This document shows, in pieces, positions 46,661-57,364 of a stretch of DNA of 64,000 nt. The notes under the pieces were generated by a model, which did not search any database, was not told where the DNA came from, and saw nothing but the letters and a program-made list of their open reading frames with translations. The position numbers were made by a program, and so were the translations under genes. The DNA comes from Naegleria gruberi (lineage: Eukaryota): assembly GCA_000004985.1 (NCBI GenBank), contig GG738865.1; one strand, written 5' to 3'. How positions within the stretch are numbered: the stretch's first letter is position 1; each line of letters opens with the position of its first letter.

Positions 46661-48835
46661 ATGGTTTCATCACCTGCCATGATCGACCCACCTTCACCAA
46701 CACAAAATGATACACAGAGTAGTGTATCACAATTTCCGGAGGAGCCCGAATGGTTGAAAACAAGACAGTTTTTAACGCATGATTTTTTAAAAAAGCAAAC
46801 AGGTGAATTGAATGTTGCTCAGGGTTTTTCTCTTGAATCACTCCCATCAAAAGTACAGGAATATATTATTATTGAAGAATTATTAAATTGTTTGATGGGA
46901 TTTGAAGGAAAATATATTAGATGTGTTTCACAAATTGAAACCGATCAAGATTCGTATATGACCACTGAAGAAGGTCTTCCGATCACTGATATCACATTAT
47001 TGGAAACTTACAAATATTCTCTTCTTTGTGAAATCGACTCTTCACTCCATGATATGGTAAATAGAATATTACCACTTTGTGAAAAACATACAAGAGTGTC
47101 TAGTTTTTTGGAAAAAAGATCGGGTTATGGTAATGGTCTTGTTTGTCAGGCATTTTGCTCGGCACTGAGAGCTTTGGAAAAGGAATACCTTATGTTTATT
47201 AATCAATTGGATTTACTCTTCAAACAAGATCAAATATCTCTACAAAAATTATACTATCACCTTCAAACAGGTGCTTGGAAAACAATTGAAATTTTGGATA
47301 GATTGGTTGGAGAAATATTGAAGGATAATGCAAAAGGAGGTTCTTTATTGAATGTGCTTCAAAATGTTTCCAGAGTAATTAGTTCAGATGAGAAAACTCA
47401 AAAGTTATTCAATTTTATTTTTACCAAATCGTGTGCTCCCTATTTTGAAATGATAGAGTCGTGGATTTTTAAGGGTGAAATTGAGGATTTATACGAAGAA
47501 TTTTTCGTAGAAGAAAATAAGAATGTAAGAAAGGAACAGCTACTTGAAGATTTTAACTCATTATATTGGGATTCCAAATACTCCATAACACGAGAGGTGC
47601 CATTCTTCTTAACAAAGCTTAGTGATAAGGTTTTAACTTGTGGTAAATATTTGAGTTTACTCAAAGAATGTGGCCAGCGAGTGGATAAACGTATTGTAGA
47701 TAGAATTAATTTTGCTGATGGGAAAGCAATATCAATAATTGAAGAAGCTCACAATCATGCTGCCAAGCAAGTTTTGGATTACTTCTTTGGAGATGTCAAA
47801 GTAATGGATCGTTTAAAGTCCATTAAGTATTATTTTTTATTCGATCATGGTGACTTTTTCGTGCACTTTATGGACACAGCAGAACAAGAGAATGAACTTG
47901 CCAAGAAGAGTACGGATGTTTCGTTATCGAAACTTCAATCCTCGATAGAATTTGCTGCCAAAACTTGCTCGATACCCAACGACGAATATAAGGATAATCT
48001 CACCTGTAGTTTGAAACCTATGAATTTGGCCAACTTTTTAAGTATTATCAAACAGCTTTCCTCATCCAACAGACTGGATGCAGCAGTGCTAGAACAGCAA
48101 CAATTACAAGAATCTCCAATTGAGGGCTATGAAGCATTCTGTTTAGAATATAAGGCAGAGTGGCCAATGTCTCTCATCATCAATAGGAAGAATATTACCA
48201 AATATCAAATTTTATTCAGACACTTATTCTGCTTTAAGTATGCAGAAAGATGCCTCTGTAATACTTGGATTAATCACAAATTTTCAAAGGAGCTGAAATT
48301 GGGGACATCCTTCTCAACATTTTATGCATTAAGGCACAAGATGATACATTTCATTCAACACTTTTTATCATATGCTCTCATAGAAGTTGTTGAAAAGAAT
48401 TGGGTAGAAATGGAAAAGAAAATCAAAACAGCAACAAGTATAGATGAAGTTATCAAGAGTCACGATCAATTTTTGGATTCTTCACTGAATGGCTGTTTAG
48501 TTTCTTCCACTGATGCCTTCAAGTGCTTGACCAAGCTTGTATCTTGTTGCAACAGTTTTTCAAAATACATGAATCAATTCTCCACTGTAATTAGTAATAA
48601 TTTGAATGAAGATGTTCAGGAATCAGATGAACTAACAGATAAATTCGAAAGAAGACGTGAAAGAATAGAACAAGCATCTGAACTGGCTAAAAACACAGTC
48701 CAAGATGACAATTATAGACGAGCCATTTTAAAATTCACCCAAGTATTCGAGACAACCCTTAATCAACTCAGATCTCATACAGCTCACATTTTTACATTAT
48801 CCATGAGTTTTGACAAGGAATCAACTCACTATTAA
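46661..48835 (+). CDS. Gamma-tubulin complex component (Spc97/Spc98/GCP family, GCP2-like), 724 aa, single exon
   Basis: Conserved GCP N-terminal grip region (QEYIIIEELLNCLMGFEGKYI) and C-terminal grip (DYFFGDVKVMDRLKSIKYYFLFDHGDFFVHFMD...). The length and architecture are typical of the family. Confidence 0.8.
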   Translation: MVSSPAMIDPPSPTQNDTQSSVSQFPEEPEWLKTRQFLTHDFLKKQTGELNVAQGFSLESLPSKVQEYIIIEELLNCLMGFEGKYIRCVSQIETDQDSYMTTEEGLPITDITLLETYKYSLLCEIDSSLHDMVNRILPLCEKHTRVSSFLEKRSGYGNGLVCQAFCSALRALEKEYLMFINQLDLLFKQDQISLQKLYYHLQTGAWKTIEILDRLVGEILKDNAKGGSLLNVLQNVSRVISSDEKTQKLFNFIFTKSCAPYFEMIESWIFKGEIEDLYEEFFVEENKNVRKEQLLEDFNSLYWDSKYSITREVPFFLTKLSDKVLTCGKYLSLLKECGQRVDKRIVDRINFADGKAISIIEEAHNHAAKQVLDYFFGDVKVMDRLKSIKYYFLFDHGDFFVHFMDTAEQENELAKKSTDVSLSKLQSSIEFAAKTCSIPNDEYKDNLTCSLKPMNLANFLSIIKQLSSSNRLDAAVLEQQQLQESPIEGYEAFCLEYKAEWPMSLIINRKNITKYQILFRHLFCFKYAERCLCNTWINHKFSKELKLGTSFSTFYALRHKMIHFIQHFLSYALIEVVEKNWVEMEKKIKTATSIDEVIKSHDQFLDSSLNGCLVSSTDAFKCLTKLVSCCNSFSKYMNQFSTVISNNLNEDVQESDELTDKFERRRERIEQASELAKNTVQDDNYRRAILKFTQVFETTLNQLRSHTAHIFTLSMSFDKESTHY

Positions 48836-48862
48836 GCAAATTTATTAATAATAAATTTAAAA

Positions 48863-50038
48863 ATGGCGGCAAAATCTACAGTTTCAAAGTTAGAAAAAAT
48901 GTCTAGTGATGAGTATGATGAACCACTCTCTCCAAACACTCTCTACAGGGAGCAGTTGGGAAGTATGTTTGATACCTACAAATCAATGCAAGAGCAGAAG
49001 GAAACAATCACGTTGGAGGAAATAAGAGAAGTCATACAATTATCAAACCTGAATATTTCGATTGTGGATTTTACTGAGGCATACAAGATGAAGATCGGAA
49101 TGGATAGGAGTGCAACTAGGGAAGAATTTATTTCGATACTGAAGGATATTCTATCACCACCTTCCGATGCTGATTCAAGTCCTAAAACAGCATCACCTAG
49201 AATTAATTCCTCATTGGATTTTCAAGAAAAATGTATTATGGATGTAAAGAGAGAAAAACATTTGACGGAACATAAGAGATATATTAGGGATCACCCTTTA
49301 TTGCATCAAATATTGTTTGATTTCTTGAATACTACTTTGATTTATCAGCCGGATGATGTCTTTTCGTTTGCCTCAGAATATTTCGAAAAGCTGTCTGCAG
49401 TTTCAAGAAAAATCAAGTCAAACAAGAAGGTTCTTATAGTTTCTGGAGCTGTTGTATCGTCAAGCAATTTTGCATTCAAGGTGCAATCAACTTTCCCTCA
49501 TGACATTGAAAGAGCTGTGAGCTATACAACAAGAAAACCTAGGTCAGACGAAGTGGAAGGAGTTCATCACTTCTTTGTGCCTTCCAATGAAACAATGAAA
49601 GAAATGATGAAAGATCACATGTTTTATGAAATTGTACAGATAGGAAATGATTATTATGGAAATGCAAAGAGTGAAATTGATTCTATACTGGAAAAAGACA
49701 AGGTTTGCCTTGTGTTTGCTAACTTGAAAGGAGTTCAACAATTACAAATGATTTTCAAAGAACAAAATATCAATACTGCCACAGTTTATGTCAAACCTGT
49801 CACCACAGCCAAGTATTCAACAAGTATAACAAAGCTTTCAAACGAAGAAATGAGTTTCGATTATTGTTCAAACAGAGTTGCCATGATAGAAGAGGAGATT
49901 AAGCAAGATTTATACAGTTTCTATGATTTTGTAATTGCTTTTGATGATATCTATATGCCTGAAAGTGAAATACCACTAGAGTATGAAATGCCAAATAATC
50001 TTTACAATTTCATTTACAAATTTATTAGCAATAAATAA
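48863..50038 (+). CDS. RIIa (PKA regulatory-subunit dimerisation/docking)-domain protein with a C-terminal guanylate-kinase-like domain that has a degenerate P-loop
   Basis: RIIa-like DHPLLHQILFDFLNTTLIYQPDDVFSFASEYFEKL. GK-like SYTTRKPRSDEVEGVHHFFV...FYEIVQIGNDYYG, but the Walker A position reads VLIVSGAVVSS rather than GPSGVGK. Confidence 0.6.
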   Translation: MAAKSTVSKLEKMSSDEYDEPLSPNTLYREQLGSMFDTYKSMQEQKETITLEEIREVIQLSNLNISIVDFTEAYKMKIGMDRSATREEFISILKDILSPPSDADSSPKTASPRINSSLDFQEKCIMDVKREKHLTEHKRYIRDHPLLHQILFDFLNTTLIYQPDDVFSFASEYFEKLSAVSRKIKSNKKVLIVSGAVVSSSNFAFKVQSTFPHDIERAVSYTTRKPRSDEVEGVHHFFVPSNETMKEMMKDHMFYEIVQIGNDYYGNAKSEIDSILEKDKVCLVFANLKGVQQLQMIFKEQNINTATVYVKPVTTAKYSTSITKLSNEEMSFDYCSNRVAMIEEEIKQDLYSFYDFVIAFDDIYMPESEIPLEYEMPNNLYNFIYKFISNK

Positions 50039-50039
50039 T

Positions 50040-51284
50040 TTAAACAGATTCATTGTTTTGAGTGTTTGGATCTGACTCAGTAGTTGTATTACCGCCATCA
50101 GTTAAGAAGCTTCTAACATTTGTTCTGCAGATTGGGCACTTATCAATTCTTGAAAAACATTCATGACAAACACACTTATGTTTGCATGGTAAAATAGTAA
50201 TATCTCTTGGTTCAGAGAAACAAACAATACATTCCTCAACTTCGTTTTCATCATTCTCATCGGCACCGTATACTTCTTCCAATTCAAATAATTCTGACTC
50301 AGTTTGAGCAAATATTTTAACAACATTTCCTCTATAATATACACCTTCTTCCGAGTTTTCATATCTCTTAAAATTACAAATCACGTAAAGTGATTGGAGT
50401 TCTCTATCGTAATCAAGTGAGCTATCTTCTCCCTCATATCTTTTTAAGGTATCTGATGAATTAGTTGGTTTCAATACAATAACAAGTGGAAGTTTAGAAT
50501 CGGATTGGATTGTTTCATCTTCGTCAGCAAGTAAATCACGAGTAAGTTGATTACCCAATCTTTCTTCCTCTGTATTCTGAATTTCAGGTGCTGTTGTTTC
50601 TACTTGGCCTTCAGCATTTTCAGCTTCCTCGTTATTGGTATTATTATTTGTTTGAGGAGTTTCTCTCACAATTAGTGATGTAAAATAATTATCAACTACG
50701 TTTTGATCAATCATTTCGTCCACAGGCATTTCAAATGATTGGTTTAATCCCTTATCAAAATAAATAAGATCACTCTTTTCTACATATTCCTCATATGTCA
50801 AAAGTCTATTCATATCTATTTGAGAAAGAGGAGTTTCATAAACTGATGCTGTAATATCATCCACTTGATTTTCATTCACATCCAATAAACCTCTTTCCAT
50901 ATTTTCGTCATCCTCCAAATGTTGATCTTGTTGATAATTTTCCTTTCCTTTCTCCTTTGCTTCATTTACAATTTTTTCAAAGTTATCCTTAAAAGGTTGT
51001 AAAATTTTTCTCTTGAAAGATAATTCTGAAACACCCCAAAATAATTGAACACTTGATTTGACAAGAGTGTCAAAATTAAACTTTACACCATTCAATTTTC
51101 TTTGATCATCTTGAGCAGTAATGCATGAAAAAGTATTCTTCTTCAAATGAACAGTGCCATTAACTCTATTTACAGTTAAAACAGGTGAAGTAATACTTCC
51201 TCTAAAAAGTGCTTGGACATACGAACGAATATTTCCTTCTCCCCACATACTTTCAATATTATCAAAATTTGCAATCTTTTCCAA
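50040..51284 (-). CDS. RING-type E3 ubiquitin ligase, MGRN1/LOG2-like (C3HC4 RING at the C-terminus). One or more 5' exons probably lie at 51314-51682.
   Basis: RING CIVCFSEPRDITILPCKHKCVCHECFSRIDKCPICRTNV aligns with the MGRN1 RING. An upstream conserved region reads LQSLYVICNFKRYE. The ORF is open upstream of its first ATG with a stop just before it, so it needs a spliced 5' exon. The candidate exon MKSEHALFSS... lies at 51314-51682, but I could not resolve the splice sites. Confidence 0.65.
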   Translation of the reverse strand: MEKIANFDNIESMWGEGNIRSYVQALFRGSITSPVLTVNRVNGTVHLKKNTFSCITAQDDQRKLNGVKFNFDTLVKSSVQLFWGVSELSFKRKILQPFKDNFEKIVNEAKEKGKENYQQDQHLEDDENMERGLLDVNENQVDDITASVYETPLSQIDMNRLLTYEEYVEKSDLIYFDKGLNQSFEMPVDEMIDQNVVDNYFTSLIVRETPQTNNNTNNEEAENAEGQVETTAPEIQNTEEERLGNQLTRDLLADEDETIQSDSKLPLVIVLKPTNSSDTLKRYEGEDSSLDYDRELQSLYVICNFKRYENSEEGVYYRGNVVKIFAQTESELFELEEVYGADENDENEVEECIVCFSEPRDITILPCKHKCVCHECFSRIDKCPICRTNVRSFLTDGGNTTTESDPNTQNNESV

Positions 51285-52107
51285 TTAATGATTATTTGTT
51301 CCTATGATTATTATTAGATAATATAACATACATTCACAATATTAAATGCTCCTGATCGGATAACATAATACAAATAAGAATTTGAAAATGTAGTTTTCAA
51401 TAATCTAAAAAACCAATACAACAAGAATACATAAATCATCATTATAAATAAATTATACATTTCTGGACTGAAAACATTAGGATAAATAACATCCGATGTT
51501 GATGAAAATATGAACCACCAACTTGCAGAAGTAGTACTAGTCATTTCTCCACCAGCAGTATTACTCAACGAAGCTCCTCCTCCAACAATACTATTCGTTA
51601 CATCCCCTAGCCAACTACCAGAAGAAGCTCCTCCAACAGCCTGATTCAGAGAGGATGAGAAGAGAGCGTGCTCTGATTTCATTTTTTATCTTTGAATCTA
51701 ATGTTGTATTAGAACCTCATCATTGATGATAAGAAACTATCCTAACTGTAGACTGATGTTCCGATTGATCTATTGATGGAGAAATTATGTTGCTGAAGAA
51801 TAATTTAATGTTTTTGATGAAGAAGATGAAGCAGCCAAATTTTGATGAATCAAACAAAAGGCTTGATTTTGCAATAACAATAAAAATAAAATTAGATTCA
51901 AAAAAAAATATTCAACCACACATTGTTCCGTTTTGTTGTTGTTACTATTTTTAGCCTTGAAAATCACATTGTAGCTTGTACAAATTGTTAAATAATAATA
52001 CATCATACTCTCTGATCATCGTATTGTAGTGATATAGAGTACCTAGGAGTAAATTGATTTAATATTCCGATTGATTTTTGTATCATACAAAATATAGATT
52101 AAAAAAG

Positions 52108-53885
52108 ATGTCAGATAGTACTGTTATTTCTGCAGCACTTCCTACTCAAAAGGATTTGACTAACTCTGAAGCCATCATGGAAATTTTAAAGAAGGAAAAT
52201 AGATTCCCATCAGATGAAGAAAATAAGAAAAGAGAAGAAGTTCTTGCAAAATTGGATGGCATTATTAAAGGATGGGTTAAACAAGTGTGCCTGAAACAGG
52301 TATGTTGCTATAAAGTGAATATAAAACTAAATTATTTAATAATAATAATAGGGTTTGTCTGAGGAATTTGTATCATCAGCTGGATCCAAGTTGGTAACTT
52401 TTGGTTCCTTCCGTTTGGGAGTACATGGTCCTGGTGCGGATATTGATACGTAAGTTTAATTTGAATAGCAACAGTAGTGACATTTCATAATTTAGATTGT
52501 GCATTGTTCCTAACATGGTTGAAAAACACCACTGTTTTACAGATTTGCATGATATTTTAAAACTAAGACCTGAAATTGCAGAACTTAAACCAGTTCCAGA
52601 TGCATATGTACCTTTGATTACCATGGTTTTTGATGGTGTAGAAATTGACTTGTTGTTTGCTAGATTATCTAGAACTGTTATTCCTGCTGATTTGGATATT
52701 TTGGATGAATCAAATTTGAAAGATGCAGATGATGAAACTCAACGTAGTTTGAACGGTCCTCGTGTTGCTGATCAAATTTTGAAACTAGTTCCAAATCAAG
52801 AAAATTTCAGAACTACCTTGAGATGTATTAAATTGTGGGCAACCAGAAGAGCAATTTATGGTAACATTGTAGGATATTTGGGAGGTGTTGCTTATGCCAT
52901 TTTAACAGCAAAGATTTGTCAAATGTATCCAAATGCTGCCCCTTCAACACTGTTAACAAAATTCTTTACCGTCTACCAACAATGGAACTGGGGAAAGGTA
53001 CCTGTATTATTAAGACCAATCGAGGAAGGAACTCTTAATTTTAAAGTTTGGAATCCAAAGCTTAATCCAAGAGATAAACAACACTTAATGCCAATCATTA
53101 CACCATCATATCCATGTATGAATTCCACATTTAACGTTTCAAAAACAACTTTAAAGGATATGAAGAATGAATTTGAAAGAGGAGCATCTATTACACAAAA
53201 GGCAGAGAATGGACTTGAAAATTGGGAAACTTTATTTGAAGCAACAGACTTCTTTGTAAGATATAGTAATTACTTACAAGTTGAAATTAATACATCAAAC
53301 GAGGTTGACCACCTTAAATGGATTGGTTTCATTCAATCTAAAGTAAGATTTCTTATTCCAAAGTTAGAAGCAGTTCCTGGATTAACGATCCATATTTATC
53401 CAGACTATTTCCACAATAACCAAGGAGGAGCTTTTTCTTCATATTTTTATATAGGATTAGAATATAAACAAACCAAACCAGGAGAAGGATCAGTAGTAAA
53501 TCTTGCATCTTGTATCGCTGAATTTGAGGAATTACTTACTTGGCCAGATAAGAATGAAAATATGGAAAAACCAAAGATTCAACCAATCAAGAGAAATGCA
53601 ATTCCAGAATTTGTTATTTCAAAGAAGAAAAAGAAGGAACTCATGAAAAAGAATAAGGCACAAAAGAGAAAGGCAGAACAAGACGACGAAAAGAACAAAC
53701 CAAGTGAAGAAACGGAAGCTACTGCAACAGCCACAACTTCGACAGATGGAACTACAGAGAATGGTGAGTCCGCAGCAAAGAAGGCAAAGGTAGACGAAAC
53801 TCCAGCAGTAAAGAGAGAACATAAGGTTGAACTTTTATTGGGTGATGACGATGACGATTTACTTGCTTTGTACTCAAAAAAATAA
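52108..53885 (+). CDS. Poly(A) polymerase (nucleotidyltransferase domain, central domain, RNA-binding domain, then an acidic K/E-rich tail); join(52108..52299,52352..52449,52496..53885)
   Basis: Catalytic motif KLVTFGSFRLGVHGPGADIDT|LCIVP spans intron 2. VPDAYVPLITMVFDGVEIDLLFARLS matches canonical PAP. The introns are 52 nt (GTATGT...AATAG) and 46 nt (GTAAGT...TTTAG) with consistent phases. Confidence 0.88.
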
Positions 53886-53920
53886 ATAAAGTTTGTTAGT
53901 GTTTTCAACAAGAGAGGATT

Positions 53921-56900
53921 TTATTTGTCATCCAAGTCCACATTTTGAGCATCTAGATTAATGTTTTCAGATTTCGATTTTCCAAAGAATAATTCTTTTA
54001 AACTGAATGTTGACCTCCTGTGAGTTGAGGCAGTGGATGGTTTCCGTATTGTTGCATATTTTGAGGCAGAGGAACCTGAGCTGTCCAACTCTACATCTAA
54101 TTCTGCTGTCGAACCTGGTGATGAGAAATATTCGTCTTCCTCAGTCTTCTTTGGTTTTGATCCGCCTCCTCTTAATGGTCTTCTTACCTTAGAAGAAGTA
54201 TTTTCAATTTCGATTTGTGGTGGTGGTACTGTTACAATTTTGGTATGCTTCAAAATATCAAGTTCTCTTTTGAGCGTGTTGATAGTATCATTCAATTTGG
54301 ACCTTTCTTCGACGAACATGTCTGCCTCTTTTTTGGCTTTTCTTGTTTGTTCAACAATTATATTGTTAAGCTCTGTAAGTCTTTCTTCCTTCATTCTGAT
54401 CTTCTTCTCAGCCAGTGATAATTTCATTATAATCTCAGAGTTTTCATTATGAACTTGTGAAAGGTTAACAGTTACTTGTTCCAAGTTTCTTTCTAACCAT
54501 TCAATTTTTCTTGAATATTTCTTGATAATATTTTGATTAGATAAAGTATTGTACTTGTCTGTAATTTCATCTAGTTGTACTTCTAGTTCAATAACTTTAT
54601 CAACTCTGTTTGATAAATCTTCGAGAAGGTTATCTCTTTCAGATTTCAGATTCTTGTTGGTAACTTCCAGTTCTCTTATTCTTTCTAAAGCTTCACTAAG
54701 CCTTTCACTTTCTGGAACTTGAGTAAAAACTGATGAAGGTGCTTCTTCATTGGTTACAACAGGTTCTGTAAAGTAATCCGAGTCATCAATAGCAGTTGGT
54801 GTTGGTGGAATTTGAAGTACTACTTCTTGTGGAGGAGATGGCAGCATGAACTCTGCTTCATTGAAATCAGTGTCACCAGTTTCATCACCATCATCATCAG
54901 AATCGTCGTCAGATTCGTCCATTTCTTCTTGGATATTCTTTAAATCAGTTTTAATTTTTCTCAAAGTTAAGAAAGACTCTCTTCTCTTTCTCAATCTGTC
55001 TCTGTCTGATTCCTTTTTAGCGGTCTTTGTTATCTTTTTGAACTTTTTATCAATAAAGTTCATTACAAGCTCAAGGTCTGGATCGTCTTGTTTGGATTGA
55101 AGTGTTAAGAGTTGGATTTTTGATTCATTGAGTTGCCTACAGTAATGTTCCATTTGCTTCTTGTGTTCTTCAACTTCAGAATCTTTTTCTTTGACCACAT
55201 ACTCCAACTTTCTGCGCTCTTCTTTCATAGAGTCTTTCACTTCCTGGCATTCATTGGTTTTTAGTTGAATAATTTTCTCTAAATCATTTCTATAACTTTC
55301 AGCTGTTGCCAAGTAGTCAGATTTCTCTTTGAGCTGTTCTTTTAAGATGTGAATGTCTTCCAATGATTGCGCACCCTCTTCTTTAGCTTGATTAATTTCA
55401 TCCTTCAATTGAATGTTTTCATCCATAATCCTATTTCTGAATTGTTTTTCTTCTACCAATTCCTTCTCCAAAAGTACACACTTCTCCCTGTATTTGGAAA
55501 GGGTAGGTAAAAGTTCGTTAAGCTTTTCTTCAAGTTCTTGACGCTTTAGATCTGCTTCCTTTGCGTCAGATTCTTTGGATGTAGTTTCAGTTGGATCTTG
55601 AATTTTGATTTCGGTTTTGATTCCTCCTTTCTTGTAAATTTTCAGTTCTTCTTCTATACCATTTGTATATTCCTTCAACTCTCTGATTTCCTCCTTAGCT
55701 TTGTCCAATAATTTCTGAAGCTCCTTGGCAGAAAGTTCTCTATTTACCTTAGGCTTGTTCTTAATATTCTTAGCTCTAAAACCGAATCTAAGGGTGGAAA
55801 GTGTTTCATCCTCGTTATAGGAACTCATAGAACAGTTTATAATCAATGTTGTTCTAGAGTTACCTCCCAAAGAGTCTTGTAATAATCTTGTGAGTTTTGA
55901 ATCTCTGTATGGCACAAATTTGGACTATTTTCACAACATTAATATTATTTTGAAGTCTTAAACTTACCACACCATCTGTTAAGGCATTAATAACCATACC
56001 CAGTGCTGACAAGGATTTGTTAATATTCTTTGCTTCTTCAAGTGTTTGGCCTGATGCTCCGGTTTTCTTGACCTTTTCTGAACCAGCCAAATCTACCAAA
56101 AATAATTTACCAGTTTTTGAATCTAAATTAACCAAGTGCTTTTGTCCAATAGTGATAATAAAGATGCTGTGAGATCGTGAGCTTTCATCGTTCATTCCTT
56201 TGATCGAGTAAGATAATTAATATCTTTTAAACTTACTTGTAGAGGAAACAACACGATTTCCAGCTCCAACTTTCAATAAATTATACACTTCTTCCACACT
56301 TGTGACATATTCCTCAGTTGCTCCTTTAATATATACACCTCTTCCACTTTCTCTGTCTTCCTTAATCTTTAAATCTTGGTGATGTGCTATTCAAAGTTGT
56401 TAATACAATACTATTATAATTACTCAACATACGATCCAGTAAATCTCTTATTTTTTCCAAATAAATTTCAATATAAGATATTTGGATTGTAAACTCAATA
56501 TCAGGATCTGAATTTTCCACTCTATCAAATATTTCCTCAATCATTCTTGGAATTAATCCTTTCAAATTTGAATCAGTGCAATATCCCTTATGATCTTCAT
56601 TTGGTCCCATCATGGTATATGATTTACCTATAAGCAATTATTAGCATTTTCATGAAAGAACCAAAGTCAACATACCACTACCAGTTTGACCGTATACAAA
56701 TACAGTTCCCTATTAAGCGTTTAGTATTGTTTTATAAAACAACATCAACCTACGTTATATCCCTTAAAAATATCTAGAATGGATTTATAATGATGATGAA
56801 GAAGAATACATACCCTCAACAACAGGTTTTCCTACTACATTAAAAAGGTCACCCTGTTTGGAACCACTCTTGAAAATATGATCGAACGTAAAGTCATGCT

Positions 56901-57096
56901 TTCCGTTTTTGTTCTATTAAATCAAATGATGATGAATATTTTCTTCTCAAAATACAAAGATGATAATTACATTTAATTTACATGTTTTTCCATCAAAATC
57001 AACTACCTCTCCGCCACCCATCTGCTTTTCAAGCGTATTCAAGGGTCTAAAACGACAAACGACCTGAATATTACTTCCTCCAAATTCCTCTGTCAT
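53921..57096 (-). CDS. Kinesin-1 heavy chain (N-terminal motor domain in about 6 short exons, then a single-exon coiled-coil stalk and tail at 53921..55915)
   Basis: Motor motifs are spread over the minus-strand exons: [60 protein letters not shown]. The neck and stalk then start [29 protein letters not shown], followed by a long heptad coiled coil. ATG at 57096 (minus). Introns are about 40-105 nt with GTAAGT/GTATGT donors and were not all mapped exactly. Confidence 0.85.
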
Positions 57097-57364
57097 TTTT
57101 TTAAGGGTTGTTGGTTACGGAATTTACTTTGCTACGAAATTTTTCTAAGGAGTTGGAACAAGTCCATTCATCATCATAATTAATTTGATTTGGTTTGATG
57201 CTCAAAGTGTTAGTGTTGTAATAGAGAATATTCTCGAAATGAATTGTATCTCTGCCATGATGTGATTTGTCTGAACTGTTCCAATGTCGAATTTAATTTG
57301 CAGATTTTTCTGACATTCAATAATGTCTAGTTTTACAAATTGTAGTAAGAAAGATTCAGCTCTC

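Noticed and set aside
53579-53911. Minus-strand ORFs 53579-53911 and 53619-53822 overlapping the poly(A) polymerase tail
   Set aside because: They are antisense to the K/E/A-rich C-terminal tail of the well-supported PAP gene. Their S/F/C/L-rich translations are mirror artefacts.
54007-55100. Plus-strand ORFs 54007-54192, 54033-54452, 54215-54418 and 54846-55100, antisense to the kinesin stalk
   Set aside because: They sit inside the kinesin coiled-coil exon on the opposite strand. Their S/L/F-rich low-complexity translations are typical of a reverse-strand reading of E/K-rich heptads.
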